A DNA stretch of 63,062 nucleotides, the filler included. It is 5 parts of 5 records of this genome, joined end to end, with 100 filler letters (N's around TTAATTAATTAA, not from the genome) between each part and the next. Parts side by side here need not be neighbours in the genome. Positions count along the whole stretch, not along the records: positions 1 to 22,855 come from SRR2962707_671; positions 22,956 to 36,942 come from SRR2962707_677; 3 more parts are not named here. One strand, given 5' to 3'. The position numbers were made by a program, and so were the translations under genes. This document shows positions 17,507 to 26,443 of the stretch, one piece after another. Numbering within the stretch: position 1 is the stretch's first letter; each line of letters begins with the position of its first letter. The notes beneath the pieces were generated by a model, which was not told where the DNA came from, ran no database searches, and worked only from the letters and a program-made list of their open reading frames with translations.

Positions 17507-17551
17507 AACTAAGGCAATATTATTGATGCATTTTTGATTTATTTTTACAAT

Positions 17552-17983
17552 ATGAAAAAATTTATTCTTATCCTTTCGATTGTGTCCATTTGCTGGACTA
17601 CTGGGTGTAAAGACGATGACGATTCTGGTTCTTTTGTAGGGACCTGGATAGGACAAACTAAAACAGTGAGTTGCAAGGATCCATCCAAAAGTATCCCAAC
17701 TGCCGGCTTACGATGCGATGATTCATGTTATCGATTAACATTGGAAGGAAATGGTGATTTCACATATCAACAAGGGTTTTCTGAGCAATCCGGTTTTTGG
17801 GAACTGGATGGTCGATTAAAGCTATGTCAGGATGAAGAAGGAGAAACAATCTGTGAGGAGTATGATGCACAAGTCGCTCAGGGTGCCTTGACATTGGTTA
17901 CAGACTCTACATCTGCCGGTTGTGTTTCTACCTTTTTATTCTTCAAAGAAGAACCAGCTGACACAACCAGTAATGATGGATGA
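17552..17983 (+). CDS. Lipoprotein, lipocalin-like beta-barrel
   Basis: Lipobox TTGC followed by KDDDD; FVGTW motif; paired cysteines. Confidence 0.65.
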   Translation: MKKFILILSIVSICWTTGCKDDDDSGSFVGTWIGQTKTVSCKDPSKSIPTAGLRCDDSCYRLTLEGNGDFTYQQGFSEQSGFWELDGRLKLCQDEEGETICEEYDAQVAQGALTLVTDSTSAGCVSTFLFFKEEPADTTSNDG

Positions 17984-18714
17984 GCCATCAAAAGCATGAA
18001 GATAAAATACACGGCAAAAATCGATACTTAAGCCGTTTTCAGAATTACCTTGGAGAATTCGTTTATGGAGGAATAGACGGCAGTGTAACCACATTTGCTG
18101 TCGTTTCCGGCTCGGCAGGTGCAAACCTGGAAAGCTCGATTATCATCATTTTAGGATTTGCTAATCTGATTGCTGATGGATTTGCTATGTCCATTGGTAG
18201 TTACCTCTCCACCAAATCCGAAAAAGAAAACTACCTCAAACACAAAGCCATAGAGTATTGGGAGGTGGATAACCTGCCCGAAAAAGAGCGGGAGGAAATA
18301 CGAGAGATTTATGCCTCTAAAGGTTTTAAGGGTGAGCTGTTGGAAAAAGTGGTAGATGTGATCACAGAAGATAAAGATCGCTGGGTGGACATCATGATGA
18401 AGGAAGAACTGGAGATGGCGGAAGAAACCAAGTCTCCATTTAAAATGGGTGCTATCACATTTCTCAGCTTTATCCTCCTCGGCTTTATCCCCTTGCTTAT
18501 ATACGTAATTGATTATGCTAAACCCCTGGAGTCAAACTTGTTTCTCACCTCATCCATCCTCACTGGCTGCTGCTTTATAGGGATAGGATTTTTAAAAAGT
18601 GTAGTGACGAGTACCGGAAAAATCAAAAGTGTTATTGAGACGCTGCTCCTGGGAGGAGCAGCCGCGACGCTTTCTTATTATGTAGGTCACTTTCTGGAGA
18701 AGATGATCACCTAA
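17980..18714 (+). CDS. VIT1/CCC1 iron/manganese transporter family
   Basis: VYGGIDGSVTTFAVV, ANLIADGFAM..G.YLS, Glu-rich loop, MMKEEL. Confidence 0.92.
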   Translation: MSHQKHEDKIHGKNRYLSRFQNYLGEFVYGGIDGSVTTFAVVSGSAGANLESSIIIILGFANLIADGFAMSIGSYLSTKSEKENYLKHKAIEYWEVDNLPEKEREEIREIYASKGFKGELLEKVVDVITEDKDRWVDIMMKEELEMAEETKSPFKMGAITFLSFILLGFIPLLIYVIDYAKPLESNLFLTSSILTGCCFIGIGFLKSVVTSTGKIKSVIETLLLGGAAATLSYYVGHFLEKMIT

Positions 18715-18716
18715 TG

Positions 18717-19289
18717 TTACTGCCCCACTAATTCTCCCATATCGTATTCATATTCGATCGTAAGATTTCCTTCCTGGTCGTACCATCTTGCGACTCCATC
18801 AATTTTACCGTCAACATAATTAGATTCCTCCATCACTGTGCCATCTACATAAAACTTTTGTTGCAGGCCATTCAGCACACCACCTGAATAGTTTTTACGC
18901 TCTACAATCGACCTTCTCTTATAAATAAGGTACTCTCCATCCAACTGATCAATGTGGTAGGATGCCTTCGTCTCCACATAGCCCACATTGTCAAACAGCA
19001 GCTGAACTCCCTGTTTCTTTCCATTCAGATAAGTGGTAATTGATTGTATTTTTCCTTGACCATCATAGCTTGTCCATGTGCCATGATGCAAGCCATTTAG
19101 AAAGTCCCCTTCTCCCACGGTCACTTCACCTGACTTAACAACCGCCTTCTGAAGACCCGGAATAGCTTCATAATCTCGCAAAGTAGCTCCACCCGGAATC
19201 TGACTTCCTTCAATCTCGGATGATCCATTTGAATTTGAACCTCCGCATGCGCACATTACAAATGCCAAAATCCAAATCTGTTTCTTCAT
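18717..19289 (-). CDS. Lipoprotein with MORN-variant (YwqK-like) repeats
   Basis: Lipobox CAC; repeats Y.NG...G....Y/F...G. Confidence 0.75.
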   Translation of the reverse strand: MKKQIWILAFVMCACGGSNSNGSSEIEGSQIPGGATLRDYEAIPGLQKAVVKSGEVTVGEGDFLNGLHHGTWTSYDGQGKIQSITTYLNGKKQGVQLLFDNVGYVETKASYHIDQLDGEYLIYKRRSIVERKNYSGGVLNGLQQKFYVDGTVMEESNYVDGKIDGVARWYDQEGNLTIEYEYDMGELVGQ

Positions 19290-19687
19290 TTCTTCTTCAA
19301 AATTTTAGGTAAAACTTCGTTTCTGATTCTATCCATATTGTTGAAAACAACATATAAACCACAAAGAAAAACGATCAGTGCGTAATAAAACAACTGTCCT
19401 TTATCGCCCATTACCTCTATACCTAAGATAGTAAGATGCATTCCAATGGCTCCAATCATCAGCCCTACAGCCAGAACACCTCCAGCCCATGCCGTTTTTG
19501 GAATGATCAACAATATAGCTCCTATCAGTTCCAGCACGCCAATCAACCACCTTCCCCAGGGCTCCATTCCCACTGTTTTGAAAATGTACATGGACTCTGG
19601 TGACCCGGTAAATTTGAAATAAAGCGTTTGAGCCATGATAAAAGCTGCAGCTAAACGTGCGATGATGTAGGCAATTTTTCGTAACAT
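19286..19687 (-). CDS. DoxX-family membrane protein
   Basis: QTLYFKFTG..ES..IF...GMEPWGR...G..EL; 4 TM. Confidence 0.85.
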   Translation of the reverse strand: MLRKIAYIIARLAAAFIMAQTLYFKFTGSPESMYIFKTVGMEPWGRWLIGVLELIGAILLIIPKTAWAGGVLAVGLMIGAIGMHLTILGIEVMGDKGQLFYYALIVFLCGLYVVFNNMDRIRNEVLPKILKKK

Positions 19688-19722
19688 AGGTGTGATTTTA
19701 GAATACGAAAATTAGAAAGATT

Positions 19723-20151
19723 TTGAGAAAGCTTAAGAAGCTCAATAAGATATACTGGATTTACGGAGGAATTATGGGTCTGCTGATGGTTCTTTTGGAG
19801 GTGATTCACTATCGAACCATGATCAGGGACCTGAAAATTGAAATCTATGGAGCCGTGATCGGGCTTTTATTTCTTTTTCTTGGAATTTGGCTGGGAACAA
19901 GTCTTTTCCAAAGACGAAGCAAGGATACATTTGACGCAAAAAAACTAGGCTTAAGCCAACGTGAAGTAGAAGTGTTGGAGCTTTTGGCAGATGGTTTCTC
20001 AAATCAGGAGGTTGCAGATAAACTCTTTGTGTCCCTCAATACAGCTAAAACACATATTTCAAATATTTACACTAAACTCAATGTAAAGAGACGAACACAA
20101 GCCATTCAAAAAGCACGTGACTTAGCATTGATTCATCCCCAAAAAGGATGA
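19723..20151 (+). CDS. Membrane-anchored LuxR-type HTH regulator
   Basis: Two N-terminal TM; LSQREVEVL.LLA.G.SNQE.A.KLFVS.NT.KTH..NIY.KL. Confidence 0.88.
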   Translation: MRKLKKLNKIYWIYGGIMGLLMVLLEVIHYRTMIRDLKIEIYGAVIGLLFLFLGIWLGTSLFQRRSKDTFDAKKLGLSQREVEVLELLADGFSNQEVADKLFVSLNTAKTHISNIYTKLNVKRRTQAIQKARDLALIHPQKG

Positions 20152-20178
20152 TTTGAATAAAATCACCCAAAAGGATGA
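20136..20178 (+). promoter_or_regulatory. Two tandem 16-bp imperfect palindromes, putative LuxR operator
   Basis: TCCCCAAAAAGGATGA (20136-20151) and TCACCCAAAAGGATGA (20163-20178), upstream of the DUF4199 gene. Confidence 0.55.
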
Positions 20179-20225
20179 AATAAATATGTGCTGTCTGATC
20201 TTGATTTGAGAAAAATTTAAAAAAT

Positions 20226-20738
20226 ATGAAACGACTTATCTACTTCGGCTTGTTAGCCGGCATTATTAACATCATCGGTTGGCTGGTATTGGATGCTATT
20301 TTTCAAGGTGATAGCTTTGATTTTTCTCTGGGGGAAACACTAGGCTACACGGCAATGCTTCTTGCTTTGTCCACAGTTTTTTTCGGAGTAAAATCGTACA
20401 GGGATAAAGAGCTCGAGGGTAAAATTTCCTTCAAAAGTGCCTTTCTAAAAGGGCTGATTATTGTAGCTATTGCTTCATTGATCTATGTGGTAGGATGGGA
20501 AATTTACTACCCTAATTTTCAGGCTGATTTTGGTGAGAAGTATAGTGCTTATCTGATCTCCAACCTCGAAGATCAGGGGCTTTCAAAAGCAGAAATCGCG
20601 GCTGAAAAAGCGAATATGGATGATTGGATGGAAAAGTATAAAAATCCACTCTATCGAATTCCAATGACTCTTATGGAGATTTTTCCTTTAGGTCTGATTG
20701 TGTCACTAATTTCTGCACTGATATTGAAGAGAAAGTAG
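20226..20738 (+). CDS. DUF4199-family membrane protein
   Basis: GVKSYRD....G.ISF..AF..G; 4 TM; ends SLISALILKRK. Confidence 0.85.
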   Translation: MKRLIYFGLLAGIINIIGWLVLDAIFQGDSFDFSLGETLGYTAMLLALSTVFFGVKSYRDKELEGKISFKSAFLKGLIIVAIASLIYVVGWEIYYPNFQADFGEKYSAYLISNLEDQGLSKAEIAAEKANMDDWMEKYKNPLYRIPMTLMEIFPLGLIVSLISALILKRK

Positions 20739-20758
20739 ATTCTACCTAACTTTCCTTT

Positions 20759-21286
20759 ATGATGAAAAAATTAGGTATTTGTGTACTTACCGGGCTCTTG
20801 CTAGGATGTGGCTCCTCCGGGAATGAAAGTGCGGGATCTGCTACGGAGAATAGCTCTCCGGTTTTAAAGGAGAAAACGGAAGGAAACTACATTCCTGCAG
20901 AGGTCATGAGCAATTTGGCCGGAAAGAGAAGAAGTAAACTCAGTAATCTTTATTCTGATGGCCCTTCCTGGTTTAGTTTTCGTATTGAAGAACCATTCCG
21001 TGAGCTTAATATCAACTTGTTAGGTAAGAAACTATCGTATAAAATGGCGTGGAATACTGAGGCTGATAGCGATAGCGACAACCCACTGCCACTAAGTAAT
21101 ATGAATCAAGGAGATTTCATGGTTGATGTAGTTCTCACACCAGGACAGGTTCAAGTCTTTTTCAATGAAGGAATGGAAAGTTTCCTTTTCAATGTAGATA
21201 GTGAAAAAATTGATGCAAGGGTTGAAGTCTATCTGGATGGGGAATATCGTGACCTTCCGGGGGTTTTGTACGATATCGGCGTTTAA
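20759..21286 (+). CDS. Hypothetical lipoprotein
   Basis: Lipobox LLGC, Ser-rich linker, beta-rich domain. Confidence 0.7.
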   Translation: MMKKLGICVLTGLLLGCGSSGNESAGSATENSSPVLKEKTEGNYIPAEVMSNLAGKRRSKLSNLYSDGPSWFSFRIEEPFRELNINLLGKKLSYKMAWNTEADSDSDNPLPLSNMNQGDFMVDVVLTPGQVQVFFNEGMESFLFNVDSEKIDARVEVYLDGEYRDLPGVLYDIGV

Positions 21287-21382
21287 TACTTAAATCAATT
21301 ATTGACGCACATATAATTGATAAACTGGGATTTTTATACCAAAAACCATTAAACTTGAATACAGAATAGATTCAAATAACCT

Positions 21383-22267
21383 ATGAAATCACCAGGCAAA
21401 ATCCTAACCGTATTAACCCTTTTGGCTTTTATTACGAGCTGCACTGGCAGTTCATCTTCCGGAGAAAACGAAAAAAGCAAGGAAGAATTGGCCGAAGAAA
21501 AGACCATTCACGATTTGGAGAAATTGATGGCGGATCTCCCCGATCCATCTTTGGTTCCATTTACATTAAAATCTATTGATGCGCAATTCGATAAGGCACA
21601 TATCAACACACTTGATAAGATAGACAGCTATAAAAGTAACCGGGATAAGATGGCCTTAAATATGGGCGTTTATGCCTCTGACATCAGTTATCTCGCCGCA
21701 TACGGTCATGAGGAAGATTGCATCGATTATTTACGTGCCGCACATAATATGGCTGAATTTCTTGGTGACTCTGCGATTTACAATGAAGAAGACCTGAATG
21801 AGTTCAGAGGACACATCGCCAACCAAAATGAAGAAGAAATTGCTCGAATTCTAAGCAAACTATTTCTTGAAACGAGCGTGAAAATGGAAGAAGACCATCA
21901 CCTGACTATGGCCGGGCTTGCACTTACAGGTAGCTTTGTTGAGGGACTGTATCAGGCCGTCATTACCATTGAAACATACCCAAATACTCCTCAAAATGAA
22001 AGGCTTCTGGAGCCCCTCGTAAAAATTGTTTTGGATGAGGAACAGCCCCTGCTTGACATCATAGAAGTGTTGAACGACCTTCCATTCGATGATACCATTG
22101 CTGATATGATCACCGAACTCTCTATTCTCGATCGACTCTACAAGGGAGATCTTCAGGAAATAGAAGAAAAAATGAAAAGCGATCCCGATTTCGTTTTAAC
22201 TAAAGATGTGATGAGAGATATCACGCTTGAAGTAAAACGGATCAGGGAACGTATTACAGAAGAGTAA
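21383..22267 (+). CDS. Hypothetical acidic helical lipoprotein
   Basis: Lipobox ITSC; ALNMGVY.SD.SY and G.FVEGLY motifs. Confidence 0.75.
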   Translation: MKSPGKILTVLTLLAFITSCTGSSSSGENEKSKEELAEEKTIHDLEKLMADLPDPSLVPFTLKSIDAQFDKAHINTLDKIDSYKSNRDKMALNMGVYASDISYLAAYGHEEDCIDYLRAAHNMAEFLGDSAIYNEEDLNEFRGHIANQNEEEIARILSKLFLETSVKMEEDHHLTMAGLALTGSFVEGLYQAVITIETYPNTPQNERLLEPLVKIVLDEEQPLLDIIEVLNDLPFDDTIADMITELSILDRLYKGDLQEIEEKMKSDPDFVLTKDVMRDITLEVKRIRERITEE

Positions 22268-22292
22268 TACACTTAATCTACCTAATCAAAGG

Positions 22293-22319
22293 AGCGCTGA
22301 TTATTTCAGCGCTTTTTTT
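22293..22319 (+). terminator. Intrinsic terminator
   Basis: AGCGCTGA-TTATT-TCAGCGCT followed by a T-tract. Confidence 0.8.
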
Positions 22320-22326
22320 ATGGCAT

Positions 22327-22357
22327 AAAAAATCCCCAAACGGTAACCGTCTGGGGG
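22327..22357 (-). terminator. Intrinsic terminator of the Lys/Ala-rich gene
   Basis: Minus strand reads CCCCAGACGG-TTA-CCGTTTGGGG-ATTTTTT. Confidence 0.8.
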
Positions 22358-22384
22358 CTTGTTTGGCTTGATAATAAAGGATAA

Positions 22385-22807
22385 TTACTTATCCTCTTTT
22401 TTCTTAGCTGCAGTCTTTTTAGGTGCTGCTTTCTTTGTTTCTTTCTTCTCAGCTTTAGGCTTACTTTCCTTTTTGTCGTCAGCTTTCTTAGCCTTAGGAG
22501 CTGCCTTTTTCTTAGGTGCAGCTTTCTTTTCTTCCTTCTTAGGCTCTGCCTTTGCTTCAGTCTTTTCTGCCTTAGGCTCTGCTTTTTCTGCTTTTGCTTT
22601 TGGTGCTTCCTCTTTTTTAGGAGCTGCCTTCTCAGCCTTAGGTTCGTCTTTTTTAGACTTGGCCTTCTTAGCAAATTCAGCTTTTATCTCTTCAATGTCT
22701 ACATTCTTGATAGTAGGAACCGTATTTAGTCGCTTCATTGCAGCAACTCGGTTCTTTGCGACATTTTTATTTTTTCTTCCTTTTCGTTCTAATCTTGTTA
22801 CGGCCAT
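22385..22807 (-). CDS. Basic protein with an Arg/Lys-rich N-terminal domain and a histone-H1-like KAAPK tail
   Basis: MAVTRLERKGRKNK...KNVDIEEIKAEF then EKKAAPKK repeats; has its own promoter motif and terminator. Confidence 0.8.
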   Translation of the reverse strand: MAVTRLERKGRKNKNVAKNRVAAMKRLNTVPTIKNVDIEEIKAEFAKKAKSKKDEPKAEKAAPKKEEAPKAKAEKAEPKAEKTEAKAEPKKEEKKAAPKKKAAPKAKKADDKKESKPKAEKKETKKAAPKKTAAKKKEDK

Positions 22808-22837
22808 TTTCTTGGTCTTCTTATCTGAAATGAGCCG

Positions 22838-22845
22838 CAAATTTA
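22838..22845 (-). promoter_or_regulatory. Bacteroidetes -7 promoter element (TAnnTTTG)
   Basis: TAAATTTG about 30 bp upstream of ATG 22807. Confidence 0.7.
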
Positions 22846-22855
22846 GGGGATTATG

Positions 22856-22955
22856 NNNNNNNNNNNNNNNNNNNNNNNNNNNNNNNNNNNNNNNNNNNNT
22901 TAATTAATTAANNNNNNNNNNNNNNNNNNNNNNNNNNNNNNNNNNNNNNNNNNNN
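22856..22955. other. Artificial contig spacer
   Basis: 44 N + TTAATTAATTAA (stop codons in all six frames) + 44 N. Confidence 0.98.
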
Positions 22956-22956
22956 C

Positions 22957-23682
22957 GAATTCATCAGCCTGATCGGTCACTCGGGCTGCGGCAAATCCAC
23001 GGTTCTGACCATGGCTGCCGGCCTTAACCCCATCTCAAAAGGGGCGATCCGTCTGGATGGCTGGAACGTTGAAGGGGCCGATCCGGAACGCGCTGTTGTG
23101 TTTCAATCGCCCAACCTGTTCCCATGGTTAACCGCCAAGGAAAACGTCGCGATTGGCGTCGACAAGGTCTATCCCCGCGCGTCACAATCCGAGCGTCAGG
23201 ATGTCATCGAATACTACCTTGAGCGGGTCGGCCTGGCCGACAGCATGGACAAACGCGCGTCTTCTTTGTCCAACGGCATGAAGCAACGCGTCGGGATCGC
23301 ACGCGCCTTTGCCCTTTCCCCAAAACTGCTGCTTCTGGACGAACCTTTCGGCATGCTTGACAGCCTCACCCGCTGGGAGCTGCAAGAGGTGTTGATGGAA
23401 GTCTGGTCGCGCACCAAGGTAACGGCCGTTTGCGTGACACATGACGTGGACGAAGCAATCTTGCTCGCTGATCGCGTGGTCATGATGACCAACGGGCCAC
23501 AAGCAACGATCGGTAAAATCACCGACGTAAACCTGCCGCGTCCGCGCACCCGCAAGGCGCTGCTAGAGCATCCTGATTATTACACCTACCGCGCCGAAGT
23601 TTTGGATTTCCTTGAGGAATACGAACACGGCGCAAAGCCTAAACCCAAACCGCAACCCCAAGCAGCAGTGGCAGCAGAATAA
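22957..23682 (+). CDS. nrtD: Nitrate ABC transporter ATP-binding protein (NrtC/NrtD type), 5'-truncated
   Basis: Frame open from the contig edge; Walker [31 protein letters not shown]; upstream of nirB. Confidence 0.88.
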   Translation, partial: EFISLIGHSGCGKSTVLTMAAGLNPISKGAIRLDGWNVEGADPERAVVFQSPNLFPWLTAKENVAIGVDKVYPRASQSERQDVIEYYLERVGLADSMDKRASSLSNGMKQRVGIARAFALSPKLLLLDEPFGMLDSLTRWELQEVLMEVWSRTKVTAVCVTHDVDEAILLADRVVMMTNGPQATIGKITDVNLPRPRTRKALLEHPDYYTYRAEVLDFLEEYEHGAKPKPKPQPQAAVAAE

Positions 23683-26111
23683 TGACACAAAAACTGATCA
23701 TCATCGGCGCTGGCATGGCGACTGGCCGCGCGCTGGAACATCTTTTGGACGCAGACGGCGACTTTGACGTCACCCTGTTCAACACCGAACCGCGTGGCAA
23801 CTATAACCGCATCATGCTGTCCCCGGTATTGTCGGGCGAAAAAACCTATGACGAAATCGTCACGCATACGCCCGAATGGTATGAAGAAAACGGCGTCACG
23901 TGTCGGTTTGGCGAAAAGATCAGCCAGATCGATCGCACGGCCAAAACGGTCACAGCGGACAACGGCGATGTGCTGCCCTATGACAAACTGCTGTTTGGCA
24001 CGGGCTCGAACCCCTTTATCATTCCCCTTCCCGGTCATGATCTGGAAGGCGTGATCGCCTACCGTGATCTCGAAGACACCCAACGCATGATGGGCCTTGG
24101 CAAGGGCAACAAATGCGTCGTCATCGGCGGCGGGCTATTGGGGCTAGAGGCCGCAGCAGGCATGGCCGCGCGCGGTGTCGACGTCACGGTTATTCACATC
24201 ATGCCCCACTTGATGGAACGCCAATTGGACGAGGCCGCAGGCTACTTGCTCCGCAAAGCCTTGGTCGATAAAAACATCACCGTGAAATGCTCTGCCAACT
24301 CCAAGGAAATCTTGGGCGAGAACGGCAAAGTCAAAGCGCTGTTGTTGGATGACGGCACGGAACTGCCCTGCGACCTTCTGGTTATGGCCGTTGGTATTCG
24401 CCCCAATACCCAGCTTGCCGCGGACACTGGTTTGGCTGTCGGGAAAGGCATCCATGTTGATGACCAAATGCGCACCTCTGACGATGATATTCTGGCCGTC
24501 GGCGAATGTGTTGAACATGACGGGGCGATCTTTGGCCTTGTTGCACCGCTGTATGACCAAGCCAAAGTCGTCGCCAAAACCTTGCTTGGCGAAGACGCGG
24601 CGTTTGTTCAGAAAGAGCTATCTACTAAACTAAAGGTCACGGGCTGTGATCTGTTCAGTGCGGGCGACTTTGCCGAAGGCGAAGGGCGCGAAGACATCGT
24701 CTTTCGTGATCCGGCGCGCGGTGTCTATCGCCGCCTTGTTATCGAGGGAAATTTCATCATTGGTGCGGTGATGTATGGCGACACCGCCGACAGCAATTGG
24801 TTCTTTGGCCTGATCCGCGACAAAACTGACATCGCGGACATGCGCGATACGTTGATCTTTGGACCGGCCTATCAGGGGGGTGGTGCGTCGGACCCGCTCT
24901 CAGCCGTTGCAGCCTTACCGCGTGATGCGGAAATTTGTGGCTGTAACGGCATTTGCAAAGGACAGATTGAAGACGCAATCGCGGCCGGGTCCACCGACCT
25001 TGCTGCAATCCGTGCAACAACCAAAGCATCGGGGTCTTGCGGAACATGCACCGGACTGGTCGAACAAGTCTTGGCCGTCACTTTGGGCGATGACTTTGTC
25101 ATTCCGGCAGCGGCAACTGTGTGCGGTTGCACCGACATGACCCACGAAGACGTACGTCGCATGATCAAAAGCCGCGCGTTAAAATCCATGCCAGCGGTCT
25201 GGCAGGAATGCGGGTGGAAGACATCCTGCGGGTGCCACGTCTGTCGCCCTGCCCTGAATTTTTACCTGCTCGCGGATTGGCCACTGGAATACCAAGACGA
25301 TCCACAGTCGCGTTTCATCAACGAACGCAAGCATGCCAACATCCAGAAAGACGGCACGTTCAGCGTTGTGCCACGCATGTGGGGCGGGATCACCACGCCG
25401 GATGAATTGCGTGCGATTGCCGATGCCGCCGACAAATTCGCCGTGCCGACAGTGAAGGTCACAGGCGGCCAGCGCATCGATTTGTTGGGCGTCAAAGGTG
25501 AAGACCTGCCCGCGATTTGGGATGATCTGAACAAGGCTGGCATGGTCTCGGGCCACGCTTATTCCAAAGGTCTGCGCACGGTGAAAACATGCGTCGGCAC
25601 CGATCATTGCCGCTTTGGCACCCAAGACAGCACCGGTCTGGGCATCAAGCTTGAGAAAACGCTGTGGGGGTCATGGACGCCGCATAAACTAAAGCTGGGC
25701 GTATCCGGTTGCCCGCGCAACTGCGCCGAAGCCACCTGCAAAGACATCGGCGTCATCTGCGTTGATAGCGGGTATCAGATCAGCATTGGCGGTGCCGCTG
25801 GTATGGACGTGCGTGAAACCGAATTGCTGTGTCAGGTGACCACCGAAGAAGAGGTGATTGATGTGATCAAAGCGGTCACGCAATCGTACCGCGAGAACGC
25901 CAAATATCTGGACCGTATCTATAAATGGATGGCCAAAGTGGGTCTTGAGTGGATTCAGGAACAGGTGGCTGATCTTGAAAACCGCGCCGCATTGGCCGCC
26001 CGTTTCGATCTGTCGCAGACGATCTACCGCAAAGACCCTTGGGCCCAGCATGTCGAAAAAGCTGAAACGTATCAGCCGCTTGCCAATCTTTCCCTGGAGG
26101 CCGCAGAATGA
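23682..26111 (+). CDS. nirB: Assimilatory nitrite reductase large subunit (NAD(P)H)
   Basis: FAD and NAD GxG motifs, two BFD-like Cys clusters, HANIQKDGT, KTCVG..CRFG, SGCPRNC siroheme/4Fe-4S motif. Confidence 0.96.
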   Translation: MTQKLIIIGAGMATGRALEHLLDADGDFDVTLFNTEPRGNYNRIMLSPVLSGEKTYDEIVTHTPEWYEENGVTCRFGEKISQIDRTAKTVTADNGDVLPYDKLLFGTGSNPFIIPLPGHDLEGVIAYRDLEDTQRMMGLGKGNKCVVIGGGLLGLEAAAGMAARGVDVTVIHIMPHLMERQLDEAAGYLLRKALVDKNITVKCSANSKEILGENGKVKALLLDDGTELPCDLLVMAVGIRPNTQLAADTGLAVGKGIHVDDQMRTSDDDILAVGECVEHDGAIFGLVAPLYDQAKVVAKTLLGEDAAFVQKELSTKLKVTGCDLFSAGDFAEGEGREDIVFRDPARGVYRRLVIEGNFIIGAVMYGDTADSNWFFGLIRDKTDIADMRDTLIFGPAYQGGGASDPLSAVAALPRDAEICGCNGICKGQIEDAIAAGSTDLAAIRATTKASGSCGTCTGLVEQVLAVTLGDDFVIPAAATVCGCTDMTHEDVRRMIKSRALKSMPAVWQECGWKTSCGCHVCRPALNFYLLADWPLEYQDDPQSRFINERKHANIQKDGTFSVVPRMWGGITTPDELRAIADAADKFAVPTVKVTGGQRIDLLGVKGEDLPAIWDDLNKAGMVSGHAYSKGLRTVKTCVGTDHCRFGTQDSTGLGIKLEKTLWGSWTPHKLKLGVSGCPRNCAEATCKDIGVICVDSGYQISIGGAAGMDVRETELLCQVTTEEEVIDVIKAVTQSYRENAKYLDRIYKWMAKVGLEWIQEQVADLENRAALAARFDLSQTIYRKDPWAQHVEKAETYQPLANLSLEAAE

Positions 26112-26443
26112 GCAACTGGATTGATATTGCCGCCCTTGACGCTATCCCGCAACGCGGCGCGCGTTTGGTGAAATCGGTTCATGGTTGCGTGGCCGTGTTC
26201 CGAACCGGTGCCGACGAGGTCTTTGCCTTGGACAACGCCTGCCCGCACAAACAAGGGCCTTTGGCCGAAGGGATCGTACATGGCAATGCAGTGACCTGCC
26301 CCTTGCATAACTGGGTGATCTCGTTGGAAACGGGATTGGTTCAAGGTCCCGATGAGGGCCAAGTCGCCACCTATCCAGCAAAGGTAGAGAACGGGCGCAT
26401 TCTTTTGGATGCAGCGTTCCTGAAACATCGAGCCATCGCATGA
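26108..26443 (+). CDS. nirD: Nitrite reductase small subunit (Rieske-like)
   Basis: CPH...CPLH; ATGA overlap with nirB. Confidence 0.93.
   Translation: MSNWIDIAALDAIPQRGARLVKSVHGCVAVFRTGADEVFALDNACPHKQGPLAEGIVHGNAVTCPLHNWVISLETGLVQGPDEGQVATYPAKVENGRILLDAAFLKHRAIA

Noticed and set aside
22318-22907. Alternative ORFs 22359-22907(+) and 22318-22674(-)
   Set aside because: Antisense and off-frame shadows of the low-complexity Lys/Ala gene.
22900-22911. TTAATTAATTAA palindrome, also at 36987, 50768 and 57274
   Set aside because: Identical each time and embedded in N runs: an assembly linker, not a biological site.
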